NCBI GenBank assembly: GCA_051382295.1
Contig: JBBCAW010000012.1
Location: 32,001 to 96,000 of the forward strand
Direction of reading: 5' to 3'
Length of the DNA: 64,000 nt
From: Bdellovibrionota bacterium FG-1
GTDB taxonomy: Bacteria > Bdellovibrionota > UBA1018
In this document: one piece after another, positions 58,265 through 64,000 of the stretch
How positions within the stretch are numbered: the first letter of the stretch is position 1
Layout: every line of letters starts with the position of its first letter
Made by a program: the position numbers and the translations under genes
The notes under the pieces: model-generated
Told to the model about the DNA's origin: nothing
The model's input: only the letters and a program-made list of their open reading frames with translations
Database searches by the model: none

Positions 58265-61200
58265 ATGCGCATTAAAAGACTCGAAATTCAAGGCTTTAAG
58301 TCCTTTAAAGACAAGACTTTGATCCATTTTGATCATGGCATTACAGGGATCGTGGGGCCGAACGGCTGCGGTAAATCCAACGTCGTTGACGCCTTCTTTT
58401 GGGTCATGGGCGAGCAGTCTTATAAGCATATGCGCGGCAGCTCGAGCGACGATTTGATCTTTAACGGTAGCTCCAAATATAACCCGCTCGGTATGGCCGA
58501 AGCGACGCTCGTGCTTGAAACGGACGCAGCGGATACCGAAAGCGCACCCGCAGGCGCCAGCGCTGCCGATATTCCGGTTCATCTGCGTTCAAAAGAGATC
58601 TCTGTGACTCGCCGCCTCTATCGCGGGGGCGAGGGCGAATATTTTATTAACGGTGTCCCGGCGCGTCTTAAAGACATCCACGACCTGTTCATGGATACCG
58701 GCGTGGGCGCCAAAGGTTATTCCGTCATCGAACAAGGCCAAATCGGCAAGATTGTGCAAGCCAAGCCTGAGGAACGCCGTCTTTTGATTGAGGAAGCGGC
58801 CGGAATCGCCAAGTACAAAGCACGCAAAAAAGAATCTCTGCGCAAAATGGAAGCCACCCAGGGCAATCTTTCGCGCCTCACGGATGTCATCCAAGAAATC
58901 GAGCGCAGTTTAGGTTCTTTGGATCGGCAGGCTCAAAAGGCCCGCCAGTACAAAAAGTATAAAGAGGAGTTGCTCGATAAGGAAATGACCTGGGGTCGTC
59001 GTAAAAACACGGTTTTACGGCAAAAACTCGAGATGCTCGCCAAACAAAAAGAGCAGCTGGAGCAAGAGTTAGTGGGTCTTCGAGCTGAACTTCAAACTGC
59101 TGAAAACACCATCGAAACCGATCGGGTGGATCAAGTCACTGATACCAAGGCCGCTGAAGAACTCCAAGCCCAGATCAATCACTGTTCGAGTGAACTGGCG
59201 CACGAGCGCAGTGCTTTGGAGCTTTCTCGGCAACGGCAAAGTGATCTGCATCAACAACTCAGCGCACTCGATCACGAAAAGTCCGAGCTTAAAAACTCCA
59301 TCGAAGAGGAGCGTCTCAAGCTCGAAAACCGAGAAATCGAAGCCTCCGAATCAAACGACCTCTACCAAGAGGCTTCTGTTCAAGCTCAATCGGCCGACCA
59401 AAAAGCTCGTCAGGCACGTAATGAGGCTGACGGACTTCGGCGTGACCTCGAAAATCGCAAGCGCGAGCTCATGAAGGGAATTTCGCAGGCTTCGGACCTC
59501 ACTTCACGTGCCGCTTCCTTGGCTTCTCGTATTGAATCAGCCCAGGCTCAGGCCGAACGTCTGAAAGCTCAAGTCAGTGAGCAACACGAAAAATTAGCCG
59601 TCACTCGCGAAGAAACTCAGCGGGCTTCTGAAAACGCCGAGTCGGTCAAAATGAAGCGAGAAGAGCTGCAAGTCGAAAAAAGGGCCCAAGCGGATCGTGT
59701 TCAAGGATCTGATCAAAACACGAGAAAACTCGATCGCGAACGTGACGACAGTCATCGCAAACTGACTCAGCTTAAGTCTAAATTGCAATCGCTCGAAGAG
59801 CTTGCTGCCGCCTATGAAGGACTGGGTGATGGCCCTAAGGCCGCCCTCGAATGGGCACGCGATAATGGCCAGGCCGATCAGCTCTTGGCGCTGACCGACG
59901 CTTTGGATGTCACCGGAGAGTTCGAAACCGCACTCGGTGGCCTTCTCGAAAAACGGCTCGAAAATCTCATTGCCCGCGATACCAACGCTGCGCTGGGCGC
60001 GATTCAACATGTCGCTCATGCTAAGCAAGGCCGAATTGCCATTCAAGTGGCTTCGGGGCTTGAGGGGCGTCAAGCTGGCGCTTGGGATGCTGTTCGGGAT
60101 GCCCTCACTCAATCTGGATTTGAGGTTCTGGGTCAGCTCACTGATCAGGTGACGATTAACGCCAAACTCGATTCAAAGGTTCAGGCCATCGCCAGTGGTT
60201 TGATTGCTCACGTGGCTGTGGTCCGATCATTCGAACCCATGGCGCGGTTTATTTCGGGGTCTGCGGGTGGAACTGCAATGGAGCAGTTGGCCGGTTGGTC
60301 CGTTGTCAGCCAAGAGGGTGATGCCCTGGATTATGACGGCACTCTTCGCGGCGGTAGCACCGAGTCCGATGGGGCCGCAACCGTTCTCAAACGCAAGCGA
60401 GCCATCACGGATTTGCAGGCCCAGGTGGAACAAGCGGAATTAGCGCATCAGTCCGTTGAAAACGCAGCCATGACCGCTAAAGTCGAACTGGAAGAAGCGC
60501 GAACTCGGCTTCAAACCGTTCAGACCGAACTTCAACAGGCTGAAATTCAAGGCGCTGCCTTTGAACGAGATGTTCATCAAATGAGTCGGGCCTTGCGCGA
60601 GGCGGAGAATCACGCAGAGCGGTTACAAAGCGATCTTTTGCAGATGGAAGAACAGGGGCAATCGGCCCGTATCGAACGCGAAAATATTGAAGATGAACTA
60701 GCCGCGATCGTTTCTTCGCGCTCGGATTTGGAGGCCCAGATTTCGGCCGGAGATGACGAAATGGCGCTTCGGGACACCGAAGTCCGCGCGCAAGAGGTCG
60801 AAGCGCAAGCGCTTAAAATGAACGAGGTCACGCTTCGGGAGCGAGCCCAAAGTTTGAAGCGCGAGCTTGAAACGGGGCGCACGCTCATTGCGGATCGCGC
60901 ACGACGCTTGGCGGAAATTGACCGCACCCTGGACCGCGCTACCCGCGAACGAGAGCAGCATACCGGTGGTGAGGGCGGGATTGAAGAAAAGATCGAAGAG
61001 CTGACGATTCAATTATCAACGGCACGTGAGCAGCTTTCTGAGGTGAAGGATCGGCTTGAAAAGTCCGGTGCCGAGCTCAATCGCACTTTGGAGCGCATCA
61101 AGCAGTTCCATAAAACCGGTGACCACAAAACGTCTGAAAGTAATCAGGTCGGCCTCGAAATCGAACGTATTTCTGGGGATTTACAACATCTTGTGCAAAA

Positions 61201-61960
61201 TCTGGAAGAAAAATACGGTCCAGGTTGTCTTGAGCTTCCGGTGACCTCTCCGATTCAGGAAGAAATGACCGATCCTGTCGTCACGCACGAAATGACGGCG
61301 GAGGAGGAACAAGTTTTGGGCGAGGAAGTCGAACGTCTTCGCGAACGCATTCGGCGTCTGGGCGAAGTGAACGTGGGAGCCATCGAAGAATTCGAAAATA
61401 CGAAAAAGCGCTTTGATCATCTTGAAAGTGAAAAGCTCGATTTGGAGCGTTCTCTGGAAAATCTTCAGGATGCCATTGAGCATATCAACAAGACTTCCGA
61501 AGAGCGTTTTGTGCGAGCCTTTGAGGCCATCAAAGATCGGTTTGAGCGTCTCTTCCCTATCGTTTTTGGGGGAGGCAAGGCCGAACTTACGTTGGTTTAT
61601 CCGGAAGGCTCCAAAGATGTGTTAGAGGCCGGTGTCGACATTTTGGCCCAACCGCCGGGCAAAAAGGTCGTCAATATGACGTTGCTCTCCGGGGGTGAAA
61701 AGGCCCTCACCGCAGTCGCCTTTATTTTCGCGATCTTCATGGTCAAACCTTCTCCGTTTTGTTTATTGGATGAGGTTGACGCCCCGTTGGATGATGCGAA
61801 TATTGGAAAGTTTAATGCACTTTTGCGCGAGATGTCGGCGAAGAGCCAGTTCATTGTGATCACGCATAATAAAAAAACCATGGAGCTCAATGACACTCTG
61901 TACGGGGTAACGATGGAAGAGCCTGGTGTTTCCAAAATGATTTCGATTGAACTTCAATGA
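58265..61960 (+). CDS. smc: Chromosome partition protein Smc
   Basis: GFKSF, GPNGCGKSN Walker A, long coiled coils with hinge, LSGGEK signature, LLDEVDAPLD Walker B. Confidence 0.97.
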   Translation: MRIKRLEIQGFKSFKDKTLIHFDHGITGIVGPNGCGKSNVVDAFFWVMGEQSYKHMRGSSSDDLIFNGSSKYNPLGMAEATLVLETDAADTESAPAGASAADIPVHLRSKEISVTRRLYRGGEGEYFINGVPARLKDIHDLFMDTGVGAKGYSVIEQGQIGKIVQAKPEERRLLIEEAAGIAKYKARKKESLRKMEATQGNLSRLTDVIQEIERSLGSLDRQAQKARQYKKYKEELLDKEMTWGRRKNTVLRQKLEMLAKQKEQLEQELVGLRAELQTAENTIETDRVDQVTDTKAAEELQAQINHCSSELAHERSALELSRQRQSDLHQQLSALDHEKSELKNSIEEERLKLENREIEASESNDLYQEASVQAQSADQKARQARNEADGLRRDLENRKRELMKGISQASDLTSRAASLASRIESAQAQAERLKAQVSEQHEKLAVTREETQRASENAESVKMKREELQVEKRAQADRVQGSDQNTRKLDRERDDSHRKLTQLKSKLQSLEELAAAYEGLGDGPKAALEWARDNGQADQLLALTDALDVTGEFETALGGLLEKRLENLIARDTNAALGAIQHVAHAKQGRIAIQVASGLEGRQAGAWDAVRDALTQSGFEVLGQLTDQVTINAKLDSKVQAIASGLIAHVAVVRSFEPMARFISGSAGGTAMEQLAGWSVVSQEGDALDYDGTLRGGSTESDGAATVLKRKRAITDLQAQVEQAELAHQSVENAAMTAKVELEEARTRLQTVQTELQQAEIQGAAFERDVHQMSRALREAENHAERLQSDLLQMEEQGQSARIERENIEDELAAIVSSRSDLEAQISAGDDEMALRDTEVRAQEVEAQALKMNEVTLRERAQSLKRELETGRTLIADRARRLAEIDRTLDRATREREQHTGGEGGIEEKIEELTIQLSTAREQLSEVKDRLEKSGAELNRTLERIKQFHKTGDHKTSESNQVGLEIERISGDLQHLVQNLEEKYGPGCLELPVTSPIQEEMTDPVVTHEMTAEEEQVLGEEVERLRERIRRLGEVNVGAIEEFENTKKRFDHLESEKLDLERSLENLQDAIEHINKTSEERFVRAFEAIKDRFERLFPIVFGGGKAELTLVYPEGSKDVLEAGVDILAQPPGKKVVNMTLLSGGEKALTAVAFIFAIFMVKPSPFCLLDEVDAPLDDANIGKFNALLREMSAKSQFIVITHNKKTMELNDTLYGVTMEEPGVSKMISIELQ

Positions 61961-62619
61961 AAAAAATTCAGCTGTATTCATTAGGTCTGCTATTGGCTTT
62001 GAGTGGGATGGCTCAAGGGCAAGTCGTAAAAGCTCAACCCAAGCACTTGCCTGCCTTGCTCGAAGAAGTGGAGGCTAAGTATACCAAGGCCGCCACGCTA
62101 CAGGCTGATTTTACGCAGGTCATCGAGGTAGCCGCTCTTAAGTCTAAAAAGACCACCACGGGTGTGATCATGGTTAAAAGGCCGGACAAGCTGAGATGGG
62201 AAACGCTGCACCCCGAAATGAATCTCCTCGTGAGTGATGGCCACAAATTTTGGTTTTATACGCCACCGTTTGATGAAGGCGAACACGGGCAGGTCATTGA
62301 GAAAAAGACCGATGAGATTAACTCCAAGCTGGCGAAAGCCTTACTTTCGGGGCGATTTTCGGTAGCTAGGGATATGAAGATTCGCCAAAAAAATTCTTCG
62401 CGGTTTATTCTTACTCCCCGGCGCGGCACCGCAGGGACCGTCGAGCATGCTGAAATTGAAGTCAGCCCTGGAAAAAAACTCATTCAAAAGGTGATTTTGG
62501 TTCATGAAGGTGGAAATCGCGCGGAAATTTCGCTCTCAAAAATCGAGCTTGGCAAATCGATTGGAGATGAAGCCTTTGTTTTTGTGGCCCCCCCTCATAC
62601 TGACAAGGTGACGCAATAA
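61957..62619 (+). CDS. lolA: Outer-membrane lipoprotein carrier protein
   Basis: Signal peptide, LQADFTQ, KRPDKLRWE, LLVSDGHKFWFY, FVFVAP. Confidence 0.85.
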   Translation: MKKIQLYSLGLLLALSGMAQGQVVKAQPKHLPALLEEVEAKYTKAATLQADFTQVIEVAALKSKKTTTGVIMVKRPDKLRWETLHPEMNLLVSDGHKFWFYTPPFDEGEHGQVIEKKTDEINSKLAKALLSGRFSVARDMKIRQKNSSRFILTPRRGTAGTVEHAEIEVSPGKKLIQKVILVHEGGNRAEISLSKIELGKSIGDEAFVFVAPPHTDKVTQ

Positions 62620-62657
62620 AAAAAAGCCCCCGAGTGTCGATCAAACCCTCGGGGGCG
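62618..62657 (-). terminator. Intrinsic terminator oriented for a minus-strand transcript
   Basis: GCCCCCGAG...CTCGGGGGC stem; the adjoining A run gives a U-tract on the minus strand only. Confidence 0.75.
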
Positions 62658-63015
62658 ATACTACGCCGGTCGTGATAAAACCACCGGCTCTATTTGGGAC
62701 GACACGTTAAAGTGCCGTTATATTTTGCCCGGTCGGAGATTTCGGGGCACTTTATGAACCCCTGCGGGCACGCCTCACGGCGACCTGACATCTCGTAATA
62801 AACCCGGGACAGAGTAGATTTTAATTTTTTTACTGCTTTTTTCCGACGCAGTCTTAAGTGGCCACTTAAGATTCGGCGGCTCATGAGCTCCGCAGACGCC
62901 TGAGGGCGGTTTGGCTCACGCTTTCACTGGCGTGGTGGACCGATATCATGAAACTCAATCAAAGAGATGTAAACGTACGACTTTCTTAGCATTCCTAGTT
63001 GCCCTCCGTTTCATA
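62618..63015 (-). ncRNA. Candidate structured non-coding RNA (~400 nt), family unassigned
   Basis: Sigma70-like promoter upstream, several stem-loops and own terminator; no convincing CDS. Confidence 0.4.
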
Positions 63016-63021
63016 ATTAAT

Positions 63022-63050
63022 AGACTATATTGGTATGGTATTAATTGCAA
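63022..63050 (-). promoter_or_regulatory. Sigma70-like promoter
   Basis: Minus strand TTGCAA-N17-TAGTCT in an AT-rich tract. Confidence 0.45.
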
Positions 63051-63137
63051 TAGACAAAGTTTATGCAATTTAACTTTTTTTAAAGTCGACTAACAACAGA
63101 GAGTTAAAAGGGTAAGTGTCGAATATTTAAGCTTTCT

Positions 63138-64000
63138 TCACCGTTTCTTGGCTTTTTTTTCGACCTTTTTAGGGGCGGGTTTTGCCTTTTTTTGTGCGGC
63201 TCGTGGGTTCCGAAGCGCTGCCTGGGCGGCTGCCAAAAGGGCGATGGGCACTCGATAGGGCGAACAACTCACGTAATCCAGTCCGGCGCGGTGGCAAAAC
63301 TCCACAGATTGGGGATCGCCACCGTGTTCACCACAAATTCCTACCTTCAGATCAGGACGGGTTGCCCGACCCTCTTTGATGGAAAACGCCATCAGTCGGC
63401 CTACGCCTATTTGGTCGAGCGAGGCAAAAGGGTCGCGATCATAAATTTTTGCGTCGATATAATCCTTTAAAAAGATGCCCGAATCATCCCGCGATAAACC
63501 GTACGTGGTTTGTGTGAGGTCATTGGTGCCGAAGCTGAAAAAGTCGGCGTATTTTGCGATTTCAGCGGAGGTCAGGGCCGCTCGCGGGAGTTCAATCATT
63601 GTGCCGATTTTATAATCGACGTTTCCTTTGAGACCACTGGCCTTGTAGTATTTGACGATCGTGTCCGCTTCGTCGCGACAGTAGTCTCCGACAAACTTCA
63701 GTTCACGCCAATCGCCAATCAGAGGGATCATGATCTCAGGCACGATCTTAAACCCCTCTTCCTTCATGAGCTCACAGGCCGCATCCATGATGGCATGGAT
63801 CTGGGTGCGATAGATTTCGGGATAACTGACGCCCAGCCGGCAGCCACGATGACCGAGCATGGGATTGAACTCATGCAAGCTTTCAGCTTTTCGTTTAATT
63901 CGATCAAAGGATACTCCGATTTTAGCTGCGAGTTCCTGAAGGTCAGAATCTTTTTGTGGAATGAACTCATGAAGGGGCGGATCCAAAAGTCGAATCGTTA
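63138..64000 (-). CDS. ppdK: Pyruvate, phosphate dikinase, C-terminal part (starts outside window)
   Basis: DPPLHEF, EFNPMLGHRGCRLG, GTMIELPRAAL, FSFGTNDLTQ, GICGEHGGDP, YVSCSPYRVP. Confidence 0.97.
   Translation of the reverse strand, partial: TIRLLDPPLHEFIPQKDSDLQELAAKIGVSFDRIKRKAESLHEFNPMLGHRGCRLGVSYPEIYRTQIHAIMDAACELMKEEGFKIVPEIMIPLIGDWRELKFVGDYCRDEADTIVKYYKASGLKGNVDYKIGTMIELPRAALTSAEIAKYADFFSFGTNDLTQTTYGLSRDDSGIFLKDYIDAKIYDRDPFASLDQIGVGRLMAFSIKEGRATRPDLKVGICGEHGGDPQSVEFCHRAGLDYVSCSPYRVPIALLAAAQAALRNPRAAQKKAKPAPKKVEKKAKKR

Noticed and set aside
62690..62884. 64-aa minus-strand ORF as a protein gene
   Set aside because: No convincing SD, no recognisable motif, and it crosses palindromic DNA; not fully excluded.
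62620..62945. tmRNA, RNase P, SRP or c-di-GMP riboswitch identity for the lolA-ppdK region
   Set aside because: GGGGGCG and TCCACCA occur on opposite strands with no T-arm, and signature motifs of the other RNAs were not found.
1..64000. tRNA, rRNA or prophage genes
   Set aside because: No cloverleaf, rRNA-like segment or phage hallmark gene recognised by eye; tRNAscan-SE would be needed to exclude tRNAs formally.

Overview
Bacterial chromosomal segment, most likely from a Bdellovibrionota-type organism (inferred from a TIGR02147-like regulator, a Bdellovibrio-style Y1 transposase fragment and the secreted-protein repertoire). The housekeeping backbone comprises a partial RecQ-like helicase, an LPS/glycosyltransferase cluster with ugd, a SelO-like protein, lepA-lepB-pyrB-pyrC-carA, rlmD-like/pilotin/rodZ, lptF/G, wcaJ-like, pepA, asnS, trmL, split transketolase, queG, rimO, yajQ, smc, lolA and partial ppdK. 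Three accessory regions interrupt it: (i) about 28.3-43 kb, with a YhaV-GNAT fusion TA-like pair, a 2257-aa Ig-repeat/NHL surface lipoprotein, an AAA ATPase and decayed TA/transposase relics; (ii) a broken hipBA at 49.3-50.6 kb; (iii) 53.7-58.1 kb. The strongest signal is in (iii): three 351-388-bp direct repeats, each carrying a 46-aa basic/hydrophobic minus-strand ORF that the ORF track misses, with a hairpin-sequestered Shine-Dalgarno and 5'-3' long-range pairing. This is the architecture of a type I toxin-antitoxin family that I cannot assign to a known name. Also notable are a DnaA-box/IHF/Pho-box-like cluster between convergent genes at 20.66-20.82 kb, a candidate ~400-nt structured ncRNA between lolA and ppdK, and a signal peptidase I lacking its catalytic Ser. 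All family calls come from motif recognition by eye; no searches were run.
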